64,000 bases of DNA from Muribaculaceae bacterium (GTDB taxonomy: Bacteria > Bacteroidota > Bacteroidia > Bacteroidales > Muribaculaceae): NCBI GenBank assembly GCA_029062985.1, contig JAIDPA010000188.1, forward strand, positions 7,684 to 71,683, in the 5' to 3' direction. A program made the translations under genes and the position numbers. Of this stretch, positions 9,760 to 18,003 are shown in pieces. The notes beneath the pieces are model-generated. The model saw nothing but the letters and a program-made list of their open reading frames with translations, made no database searches and was not told the origin of the DNA. Numbering within the stretch: the stretch's first letter is position 1; every line of letters begins with the position of its first letter.

Positions 9760-11190
9760 ATGACTAATAAACTTATCGCAAGGCATAAAGAGTGTGGACA
9801 GCTTGAAAGATGTCTGCAATCGGACCAATCTGAATTTGTGATTGTGTATGGTCGCAGACGCATAGGTAAGACTTTTCTCATTGAGCAGTTTTTCAATAAG
9901 AAATATGACTTCAAGTTTGTAGGGGGACATAAACTTTCAAGCAAGGCGCAATTAGCTAATTTTGCTAAAGCCTTAAAGAAATATGCTAAAGTCAGAATAA
10001 ACGAATTGAATTCCTGGAGTGATGCTTTCGATGCACTTGAAGAATACCTTGAATCCCTGCCGGAAGGCAGGAAGAAAGTGGTATTCTTTGATGAAATGCC
10101 GTGGATTGATACTCAGCGGTCTGATTTTGTAAGCTCATTGGAATATTTCTGGAATAGTTGGGCCGCCAGTCAGGAAGACATTCTATTCGTTGCCACAGGC
10201 TCTTCAACTTCATGGATGGTTGAAAATCTTATTGAAAACCAAGGAGGACTCCACAATCGTATTACAGAGAGCATATATCTTCGACCATTTACGTTGGGTG
10301 AAACCGAGGAATACCTTGTCAAACGCCGCTTTCCGAAAGACCGCTATCAGACCTTACAGTTTTATATGCTTACAGGTGGTGTGCCTTATTACCTCAGTCT
10401 ATTGGAGCCCCGTGAGAGTGTCGCTCAAAATATTGACCGTCTTTGTTTCGATCCTCGCGGCAAATTGAGAATGGAGTTTGATGAATTGTATAATGCGCTG
10501 TTCTCCAATGCACAGACTTATGTCAACGTGGTCAAGGTTCTTGCAGAAAACAAGTCGGGACTGACCCGTAAGGAAATATCGGAGAAAACCAAGATTTCAG
10601 GAAGTACATTAACCGGGATTCTGAAGAATCTGGAACGCAGCGATTTCATAGACAAGCGACTTCAATACGGCAATAAGAAAAAAGACAGCGTTTACCGCCT
10701 TATAGATTTTTATACCTTATTCTATTATAAGTTCCTCGAATCTGATGGAACCCGAGACTGTCAATGGTGGACCCATAACATATCCTCGCAATCCATTCTC
10801 TCATGGATGGGACTTACATTTGAACTCATTTGTCTTGAACATCATGAGCAGATAAAAAAAGGTCTGGGTATCGGGGGAATGGCAACATCTGTCTCGACAT
10901 GGCGGCATGTAGCAGATAAAAACGATATGACCTCCGGGGCTCAGGTTGATATGGTGATCGACCGTGCAGATCGAATCATCCATCTCTTTGAAATGAAATT
11001 CAGTACCAATAAGTTTAAGATCACAAAAGAATATGAAAAAAAAATTCGGGAGCGTCTTTGGCTGTTTCAAGAGATTACCAAGACAACGAAAGCGGTGGTA
11101 CAGACATTTGTCACCACCTATGGATTATCCAATCCTACGGCATGGAGCATAGTTCATAGTGAACTGACAATGGACGATTTATTCACATAA
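9760..11190 (+). CDS. AAA/archaeal-type ATPase with wHTH and C-terminal PD-(D/E)XK-like domain
   Basis: YGRRRIGKT Walker A, FFDEMPW Walker B, GGVPYYL, QVDMVID...FEMKF. Confidence 0.85.
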   Translation: MTNKLIARHKECGQLERCLQSDQSEFVIVYGRRRIGKTFLIEQFFNKKYDFKFVGGHKLSSKAQLANFAKALKKYAKVRINELNSWSDAFDALEEYLESLPEGRKKVVFFDEMPWIDTQRSDFVSSLEYFWNSWAASQEDILFVATGSSTSWMVENLIENQGGLHNRITESIYLRPFTLGETEEYLVKRRFPKDRYQTLQFYMLTGGVPYYLSLLEPRESVAQNIDRLCFDPRGKLRMEFDELYNALFSNAQTYVNVVKVLAENKSGLTRKEISEKTKISGSTLTGILKNLERSDFIDKRLQYGNKKKDSVYRLIDFYTLFYYKFLESDGTRDCQWWTHNISSQSILSWMGLTFELICLEHHEQIKKGLGIGGMATSVSTWRHVADKNDMTSGAQVDMVIDRADRIIHLFEMKFSTNKFKITKEYEKKIRERLWLFQEITKTTKAVVQTFVTTYGLSNPTAWSIVHSELTMDDLFT

Positions 11191-11240
11191 TCATTTTTTT
11201 GATTTTCTACTGTTACGTTTGCGCTCCTCAATCATATTAA

Positions 11241-11842
11241 TGAAGTTGTTTAAACTAATTTGATTTGTGAAATTTTTTAAGGAAAATAACGATAAAGGCA
11301 AGGAAATTCCCCCTGATTATCCGAGAGGAAAAGTGCATTGGTGGTACATCGATTCTTCCTTCCCTGATATTCAGTCTTTTCTCCTCCACAGTATGCCGGT
11401 GTATGGGAACCGTCAATATGGGAGATGTAAAGATCAAGCTTACTTTTATTCTTATTGAGGATTCCGGAATAGATCCTTTGCCATTCCTCCTTCACAGACC
11501 ATTTACGGTAGTGATGGAAGACCGTATTCCAGCTCGGCAACTCTCCACTGAAAAGATGACCTATCGGCAGCAGACGCCACTGGCAGCCGCTCTTAAGCTT
11601 GTAGAGTATCGCGTTAACAATCTCCAAAAGATCGAATTTGGAGGTAAAACCTCTTTTTGCTATCGAAAGATAGGGCATAATTTCAGATTTTATTGTATCT
11701 TTGTCGAGTACAGCGTATTCTGGCATGGATTTAATATTTATAGTTTGGTCACCATAAATAGAGATAATCCCTCGCGAACTACGCTGTATTTTAATTATTT
11801 TACTCTATAATTAACATCTCGAAATAAGTTTAAACAACTTCA
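11241..11842 (-). mobile_element. Internally deleted IS5-family element, about 600 bp
   Basis: TIRs TGAAGTTGTTTAAACT (11241-11256) and AGTTTAAACAACTTCA (11827-11842) enclose a truncated transposase. Confidence 0.85.
11277..11726 (-). pseudogene. Truncated IS5-family transposase
   Basis: IVNAILYKLKSGCQWRLLP...WNTVFHHYRKW, HIDGSHT; rest of the DDE domain missing. Confidence 0.85.
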
Positions 11843-11843
11843 G

Positions 11844-12056
11844 TGTATCGGTCCAATCGATCCTAAGGAAACCGCAAGTTATAATTTTGAATATGTTTGG
11901 TTTTCCGATATAGTAGAGTATGCTAAGATTCGTTCAATAACTGTCATATACAAGAATGGGACAACAAAGACAATTAGTAACCCATCTGCAATTATGTTGT
12001 CAGATAAAGTTTTAGAAACTATATTTACTGCAAGTCCAGTGGAAAATCTTAATTAA
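11844..12056 (+). pseudogene. 3' remnant of a gene cut by the IS
   Basis: Open frame CIGPIDPKETASYNFEYVW...VENLN* begins at the IS end with no start codon. Confidence 0.65.
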
Positions 12057-12063
12057 CGAGATT

Positions 12064-13011
12064 ATGTATATGTACAACTTCTTCAAAATTATTCTTGCGG
12101 TCACTTCAATTCCGCTTCTTCTCCTGACAAGTTGCTCAGGGGACAGCAATTCGGTTGATTTGCAGTCAGCAGTCGACTCTCTGACGAATGTTGTTGCGAG
12201 TCAACAAGCTCAAATTAAGTCTATGAGAGATAGTATCGCTATTCTGCAGTTCCCGGCAGACCAGCGTTTGGCTATGGTTAAGCGGCTCATTGCTGATGAG
12301 TCGTTTACAGAAGCAAAAAAAGAGATCGTAGCCTTACAGTCATACTTCCCAAATTCATCAGAAGCTACTCAATGCCTGACTCTAATAGAAAGTATCAATT
12401 CAAAGCTTGCTGCAATAGCTGCCGAAAAGGAGAGAATCAAAGCACTCGGATTTAAGGCTCTTAAACCTCAGACAAAAGTGACTATTGGGTATAATACGGT
12501 CGTATTTGGCTCTTTTTCTATTGGAGCTAAGTTTATTCATGATGTATATCCTACCTATACGGGGTCTTCTTGGTATGAACATACAGCAGATAGAGGCAAT
12601 AAATATATTTCATGTGCTATGGACGTTACTTCAACATCCAAAGACCCCGATATTCCCACGTTGGCATTTTACGCTATCCAAGGAGACAAGCTTGTAAAGA
12701 AAGGTGATCTTTGGGTTCAAATGGGGCGTTGGCAAGACTATGGAACATATCTCGGGAATGAGCATGATCTGAAAAATGACTTTTCCAAAGAAAGTACAGT
12801 TAAATTTAAATTAGGTCTTGAACTCCCGGATGCGGACTTTTCTGCGCCATATGTAATTGTTCTGAAGAAAGCGAATACTCAAGTCAGACATTATGAAAGG
12901 ATGAGGAATCCTCCGGTATATTATGAGGGAAATGCCGGATATCCTCAAACTTTAAATATAGATAATTTCAGCAATGGGGATTATGTCGCTATTAAAATAG
13001 CAAATCTATAA
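12064..13011 (+). CDS. Hypothetical lipoprotein
   Basis: LLLLTSC lipobox, coiled coil, 315 aa. Confidence 0.75.
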   Translation: MYMYNFFKIILAVTSIPLLLLTSCSGDSNSVDLQSAVDSLTNVVASQQAQIKSMRDSIAILQFPADQRLAMVKRLIADESFTEAKKEIVALQSYFPNSSEATQCLTLIESINSKLAAIAAEKERIKALGFKALKPQTKVTIGYNTVVFGSFSIGAKFIHDVYPTYTGSSWYEHTADRGNKYISCAMDVTSTSKDPDIPTLAFYAIQGDKLVKKGDLWVQMGRWQDYGTYLGNEHDLKNDFSKESTVKFKLGLELPDADFSAPYVIVLKKANTQVRHYERMRNPPVYYEGNAGYPQTLNIDNFSNGDYVAIKIANL

Positions 13012-13089
13012 ACACATGTAATGGGACATAACCCCAATCTTTTACGTGGATTAGTTTTCGTTAAAACACCTTAACATCTGATTATAATT

Positions 13090-13123
13090 GCCACCGAGGG
13101 AAGTGTATGCTTCTCTCGGTGGC
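13090..13123 (+). terminator. Hairpin, probable terminator
   Basis: GCCACCGAGGGAAG / CTTCTCTCGGTGGC. Confidence 0.55.
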
Positions 13124-13164
13124 GACTTTGATATTAGTGTAGTTTAGGTCTTTTGCGTTGTTGC

Positions 13165-13319
13165 GTAAGCATTAACAGAAGGTAAGCATTAAGTGTAAGC
13201 ATTAAGTGAAGTACACCTTGCAGGAACATCTTATGACAACATCGGCTACAACATCACAAAGTTGTAGCCGATATCGTAATAAATTGTATATACAAGGTGT
13301 ACTTCACTTAATGCTTACA
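13165..13319. repeat. Nested inverted repeats plus three GTAAGCATTAA direct repeats
   Basis: 27-bp perfect arms 13194-13220 / 13293-13319; inner 12-bp arms 13241-13252 / 13261-13272. Confidence 0.9.
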
Positions 13320-13480
13320 TATAACAAAATCCAAAGCTTATTACAGAGATTATGTGGTAAGCACACGAAATGATATTCACTCTCATGCAGTTTCATTCAG
13401 GGTGTCATGGTCATTCGGAAGGAATAAGGTCAATAACGTGTATCGTGATAGCAAGGAGCGGGAATCTAAACGCTCAAATT
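13319..13480 (+). repeat. 162-bp direct repeat, copy 2 (right boundary of island)
   Basis: Matches 8582-8743; ends in TAG instead of TGA. Confidence 0.95.
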
Positions 13481-13597
13481 AGGGTTTCGTTGTTTTGTGA
13501 AAATAAGACGGGAAAAAGTGAAAGACTTAATGCGGATTAAAAACGTTTATTATACGAAAAACAGAATAAAGAAATCAAGAATAACAGAAATCCTCCG

Positions 13598-13700
13598 ATG
13601 TGCGTTTATACTTTTATCGAGAATCACGATTGGAACGGTAAGACTGTCATTCCTTTCATTACGCATGAAGGTAGCGGCATGGGAGGGACCGACCGTAAGG
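13598..13700 (+). pseudogene. Flavodoxin internal fragment
   Basis: VYTFIENHDWNGKTVIPFITHEGSGMG motif with no N-terminus. Confidence 0.65.
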
Positions 13701-13738
13701 TCTTGGAATTAAGAAATAATAAAAAAGGAATAAATAAT

Positions 13739-14221
13739 ATGAAAACTGTAAAACTTAGTAACGGTGTTGAAATGCCGCAGATAGGCTATGGAGTCTATCA
13801 GGTGGATCCGGCTGAATGTGAACGCTGTGTAAGCGATGCCCTTAAGGTCGGCTATCGCATGATAGATACTGCTCAGGCTTATCATAATGAAGAGGGTGTC
13901 GGAGCTGCAATAGCTAAAAGCGGTATTCCGCGTGAAGAGCTTTTTATTGTCACAAAAGTCTGGATTTCCAATTATGGCTATGAGAAGGCAAAGGCTTCGA
14001 TTGACGAAAGCCTCCGCAAGCTCGGTACCGACTACATTGATCTTATGCTGCTTCATCAGCCTTTTTGCGACCGCTATGGCGCCTACCGTGCTCTCGAAGA
14101 GGCTTACAAAGCGGGAAAACTCCGTGCAATCGGTGTCAGCAACTTCTATCCTGATCATCTTATTGACCTTGCCAACAACGTGGAGATTCCGCCGATGGTG
14201 AATCAGGTAGAGACCCATGTG
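13739..14221 (+). pseudogene. Aldo/keto reductase, 5' part, interrupted by the prophage
   Basis: LSNGVEMPQIGYG, GYRMIDTAQAY, IGVSNF, VNQVETHV; frame continues at 51400. Confidence 0.95.
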
Positions 14222-14345
14222 TATAGGGCACAAAACGAAGCGTTCAATGTTGAGGTCGGCGGTTTTTGATGAAAGTCTTTGAAAATTCGCGAGTTAGAGG
14301 ATAATGGTGGGATTAGGCGGAAAAAACGAAACGTTTACATTGGTT
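14222..14345 (+). repeat. Left end with probable transposase binding sites
   Basis: AAAACGAAGCGTTCAA and AAAACGAAACGTTTAC are inverse copies of the right-end motifs. Confidence 0.8.
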
Positions 14346-14560
14346 GAATTTCGGTTTACATTTTCGGGGTCGTAAGTTTACATGTGGCTTACTTTGGCCT
14401 TACTTTCGGATGTGGTGGGTTTACGTCATTGGTTTGGACGGTTGGATGGTGGATTTCGTCGGCTTTACGCCGATTTTTTTAATGCCTTCAATTATAATTT
14501 AATTATTCAAAAGGTTGCAAATAGCGGTTATTTGTGTATATTTGCGGAAAATTTCAGAGT

Positions 14561-14806
14561 ATGAGACAGACCAAATGCATCATTGTTCACTTGACAGGGA
14601 AGCGCAAAACACTTGCTTTCGGTTCGATTGCGGCCATATTTCATCATCTTACCCCGGAAGAAGTGGGTTGTGGGTATGATTACCTACGTAGAGCCGGTCT
14701 AAGCGGTGGTGGAACAGTTGTTACCAAACGTGCGATAATTCAGCAAACTATGCTGCTTACAGCCCCACGTGGCGGGTCTGACGGCGTGGATGATAGAATG
14801 GACTAA
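14561..14806 (+). CDS. Small phage protein at the left end, with own promoter and terminator
   Basis: ATG at 14561; TATATTTG box upstream; hairpin plus T-run at about 14856-14881. Confidence 0.7.
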   Translation: MRQTKCIIVHLTGKRKTLAFGSIAAIFHHLTPEEVGCGYDYLRRAGLSGGGTVVTKRAIIQQTMLLTAPRGGSDGVDDRMD

Positions 14807-14906
14807 GAACGCCATTAGAACGGCCACAGAACTGCATTTTAAAGGATCTATTACAGGGGAGCCAATCGGCTCTCCTTTTTCGTGTTCGAACGGGTGATTT
14901 TGAGGG

Positions 14907-14979
14907 GTGGATATTCAGGTGGATATTCAAAGTGGATATTCATTTGGCGATAACTGGATATTCACATTTGGGGTATTCA
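14907..14979 (+). repeat. Array of (G/C)TGGATATTCA motifs
   Basis: Copies at 14907, 14919, 14932, 14954 and a degenerate one at 14970. Confidence 0.85.
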
Positions 14980-15243
14980 GGGGGTGCGATAGAGGGGGGT
15001 AAAATACCGTTTTTTTTAGATAGACCCCCGATTTCGATATTTCACTATTAAGAAAAAACCACCTATTTGCAAATTTACTCCTTATTAAAAAGGCATTAAT
15101 CAGTCATTTAGCCGATTTTTAAACCTATTTTGAGGGGGTAACACCCCGGAAATGGGCGATTCAGGGGCGTTTTGGGGTATCCTCTCGTATCCATTTCGTT
15201 CAGTTTGGGCAGAATCCGAGAGCCTCCCACATCTCCAAGAATG

Positions 15244-15801
15244 CTACAGGGAGTCCACAGTCTCTGTTTGGGGTACGGATTGAAAGGAAACTCCGGAGAG
15301 GTTTTTTTCACGCTCAAGTTGCGCGATGCGCTCCTTGAGCCTCCCTATCTCTTCGTGGAGATTCCCAATCTCTCTATCCTTCTCGTTAAGTCGATTTTCT
15401 AAATGCGAGACTAAGTATTCAGAATGCTGCGATATTACAGAATTTTCTGCAATAGACAAAGTGACTCCTTTTCGCTTTCGGATCTCCTCCAATTTTTGTT
15501 TTGCCTGCTCAGCAGTCATCTCTCCCTTTACAATCGGCAAATCAGATTGATAATACGTTTCCTCAATAATTGGAGAACCTTCTCCAGAAATCAGCCAACG
15601 CAGACTAATAAAAGCAGCATATCCAGAAGCTAAAAACCTCTTAAAGAAGTCATAACTCGGAGCAGCCTTGCCATTAAGTATGTCATAGATGGTTTGTGCT
15701 CTACTATAGCCCAAAGCATTCGCCAATTTATTAGGATTTGTGTGCAAGATCCTAATCATCTTATCGACTCTTGCAGAAATTTCTGCATTTTTTTCTCTCA
15801 T
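15244..15801 (-). CDS. Prophage repressor (HTH)
   Basis: NKLANALGYSRAQTIYDILNGKAAPS HTH, LRWLISGEG; divergent from the early operon. Confidence 0.8.
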   Translation of the reverse strand: MREKNAEISARVDKMIRILHTNPNKLANALGYSRAQTIYDILNGKAAPSYDFFKRFLASGYAAFISLRWLISGEGSPIIEETYYQSDLPIVKGEMTAEQAKQKLEEIRKRKGVTLSIAENSVISQHSEYLVSHLENRLNEKDREIGNLHEEIGRLKERIAQLEREKNLSGVSFQSVPQTETVDSL

Positions 15802-15835
15802 TATTTTGATTATTTCAGAATATTCTGTAACTTTG
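15772..15835. promoter_or_regulatory. Candidate repressor operators CAGAAwwTTCTG and early promoter -7 box
   Basis: TGCAGAAATTTCTGCA 15772-15787; CAGAATATTCTG 15816-15827 abutting TAACTTTG 15828-15835; third copy at 15438-15449. Confidence 0.7.
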
Positions 15836-15903
15836 CAGCGTATTCAGTAATGAACGAACGGCCAAAGATACAAAAAAGCCGAGATATTAACAAATTTTAG
15901 ATT

Positions 15904-16143
15904 ATGAGTAAGACCCCGAAATACAAAAATCCTGTAGTGAAGATCTATATGGCAAGGATATGGCGAGGAGATATAAGTTCCACGAGGATCTTCACAAGCA
16001 ACATTGATGCTCAGAGGGCAATTGCCAAAGCCTTGAGAGCGGCGGAGGAGAATGGAGAGTATATCAGCGACACCGCAATTTGCGAGATGGAACTGAATGG
16101 AAATGAGTTCATCAACACCTACAGTAAACGACCGGAATTCTAA
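15904..16143 (+). CDS. Early phage hypothetical protein
   Basis: First ORF after the early promoter. Confidence 0.65.
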   Translation: MSKTPKYKNPVVKIYMARIWRGDISSTRIFTSNIDAQRAIAKALRAAEENGEYISDTAICEMELNGNEFINTYSKRPEF

Positions 16144-16153
16144 ATAACGAGAT

Positions 16154-16546
16154 ATGAGTGAGACAATAAACATAAACAAAGTAACTCGCGAGAACCGCGA
16201 GGCAATCTTCAAAGCAGCCTACGAAGGTAGTTATTATACCATTTTAGGATGTGCCGGTGACCTTAACGAGTGGACAACCGGCTACGGCGATCTTCTTGAA
16301 CGCAGTAGTATCGGAACCCCTAAGGAGTTCTACACCTTCAAGGGAGCCGACATGAACGAACATTATGGACTTACCGACAACAACGCCTACAATGATGACC
16401 TGACCTGCCTAATGTTCCCTTTGAATGGTCTTGACACAGCCAAGTTGTCAATGTTCCGACTTCGTGCCCAAGATAGATGGTTCGACGACATAGTTGATAA
16501 TAATCGCCGTAGGCAGAATGCTATAAATGGATTTTGCAATGAATAA
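16154..16546 (+). CDS. Early phage hypothetical protein
   Basis: 130-aa ORF in operon. Confidence 0.7.
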   Translation: MSETININKVTRENREAIFKAAYEGSYYTILGCAGDLNEWTTGYGDLLERSSIGTPKEFYTFKGADMNEHYGLTDNNAYNDDLTCLMFPLNGLDTAKLSMFRLRAQDRWFDDIVDNNRRRQNAINGFCNE

Positions 16547-16811
16547 GACAACCTATCGAATTCAGATCAACGACTTTCACACTGATCCGGATAAGTGCCG
16601 GACACTTGAGTTAGGCATTATGTATCCTACCGAGGAGGCTGCCAAAGAAGCAGGGTGGGCAATCATCGAGGCTTTCGCCGCCATTCACGGACTCGGCTAC
16701 GAAAATCAGGGCGATCAGTATATGGCTTTCTATCAGGGAGGCGAGAATGACGGCATGGGAGCCTTGACCATCGAGGTCTACGACTCCAACGGACAACCTG
16801 TAGAATTATAA
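16539..16811 (+). CDS. Early phage hypothetical protein (acidic)
   Basis: Overlaps the previous stop codon. Confidence 0.65.
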   Translation: MNKTTYRIQINDFHTDPDKCRTLELGIMYPTEEAAKEAGWAIIEAFAAIHGLGYENQGDQYMAFYQGGENDGMGALTIEVYDSNGQPVEL

Positions 16812-16993
16812 GGATCAGAACCAAGAGAGGGTGATCCTCCGGCAAGAGAGCCGGTAAAAGCCGAAAGGCAAGATATGTGAACCTCCGGCGTTGCCAAATG
16901 CGCCGGAGAATTCGGGAGGGCAGGATGCCGAGCGTTCGCGACTCGTAGCCGGGGAAGACCGGTAAGGGGGTTGAAGTCCCCCTCCTCCCACTA
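16811..16993 (+). ncRNA. Candidate structured RNA with tRNA-like 3' domain
   Basis: GC-rich intergenic chain of hairpins; acceptor-like stem GGGAGGG/TCCTCCC and T-arm-like GGGGG-TTGAAGT-CCCCC. Confidence 0.55.
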
Positions 16994-17005
16994 ATTTTAG
17001 ATAAA

Positions 17006-17224
17006 ATGAAGCAACATTCAGAGAAAAGAACCGAGATGGCGGTCGAGGTACTGCTAAAGAGTTTGACCAGGAATTTCGCAGATACTGGGAGCATCCTTGA
17101 TGAGTTCGAGGCAACCCACAATGACTACGAGTGCGACCAATCCAAACAGTATGCCGCGCTTGTTGCCGGACACTTCGCTCTGGAGGAGGCTATAGAGAGA
17201 ATTAAAAACCAACTAAATAAGTGA
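17006..17224 (+). CDS. Early phage hypothetical protein
   Basis: 72-aa ORF with A-rich initiation region. Confidence 0.65.
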   Translation: MKQHSEKRTEMAVEVLLKSLTRNFADTGSILDEFEATHNDYECDQSKQYAALVAGHFALEEAIERIKNQLNK

Positions 17225-17228
17225 GACT

Positions 17229-17546
17229 ATGAGTACTTCAAAAATTATGAGAATTGCAGTATGGCCGGTTGACCTTCTACAAGGTCGTGAGGTAGAGAGA
17301 GTTTTATCAGCTGCAGGATTGCTTGATAAAGCCGATTTAGAAATATACCCCTCTGCCGACCAACTGAAATTCCAACAGAAGCCGTTAATAACCATCGTTC
17401 ATCCCCATCAACTGAAACGAGGTGATGATGGCAGAGCACATTGTCAGTTGTGCGATCGAAGCTTCCCTTTAAATCCTTCAGGGGAGATAGATGAGGAAGC
17501 ACTCTTGAAAGAAATGACTCTTCCGACTCTTCCTTTTGGGAAGTAA
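17229..17546 (+). CDS. Early phage hypothetical protein
   Basis: 105-aa ORF with CxxC. Confidence 0.55.
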   Translation: MSTSKIMRIAVWPVDLLQGREVERVLSAAGLLDKADLEIYPSADQLKFQQKPLITIVHPHQLKRGDDGRAHCQLCDRSFPLNPSGEIDEEALLKEMTLPTLPFGK

Positions 17547-17634
17547 TATTGACAGTAAACGTATAAAGAGGCAGCATAATTGGTTCAGTTGTGAATGAGA
17601 TTGCAAATATAATAAAAATCAATAAGTGAGACTA

Positions 17635-18000
17635 ATGAAAAAGAACATTGCAGTATCAAAAGAGGTCCGAGAGAAAATCACCAAGATTTTCAAGGTCACA
17701 GAACGCCATGTGTTCAATGCCCTCAACCTCGACTACCCTGAAACGGATATCGTAAAACGTATCCGTTTCACCGCCAGGCAAAACGGAGGGGTCCTGATGA
17801 CTACGGTGCCAGCGGGTGAAGCCATCCATTTCGCTGACGGCACTATGAGAATGGACTTTGACAACGGAGCCTTCTGTGAATTCTACCGTACGGACGGAAC
17901 CGGCCACATCTTCCTCAAGGGTAAAGAAGTAGAGTCCTTCAAGAATGTAGATATACCCATGATCTTCGAGATCAAAGAACGGGCAGCCGCCTTAAGATAG
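17635..18000 (+). CDS. Ner/Cro-like HTH regulator
   Basis: KITKIFKVTERHVFNAL HTH-like segment; directly upstream of the transposase, as Mu ner is. Confidence 0.6.
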   Translation: MKKNIAVSKEVREKITKIFKVTERHVFNALNLDYPETDIVKRIRFTARQNGGVLMTTVPAGEAIHFADGTMRMDFDNGAFCEFYRTDGTGHIFLKGKEVESFKNVDIPMIFEIKERAAALR

Positions 18001-18003
18001 ACT

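Noticed and set aside
13165-13319. CRISPR array
   Set aside because: Repeats are 11 bp and irregularly spaced or inverted; no spacers and no cas genes.
13598-14269. A single 223-aa gene as given in the ORF track
   Set aside because: It is a chance fusion of a flavodoxin fragment, the AKR 5' half and prophage-end sequence.
14907-14979. CRISPR or plasmid iteron array
   Set aside because: Units are 10-11 bp with 1-11 bp gaps; no rep or cas gene nearby.
16914-16993. Canonical tRNA gene
   Set aside because: No proper D-arm or 7-nt anticodon loop, T-loop is TTGAAGT, and it ends CTA; kept only as tRNA-like.
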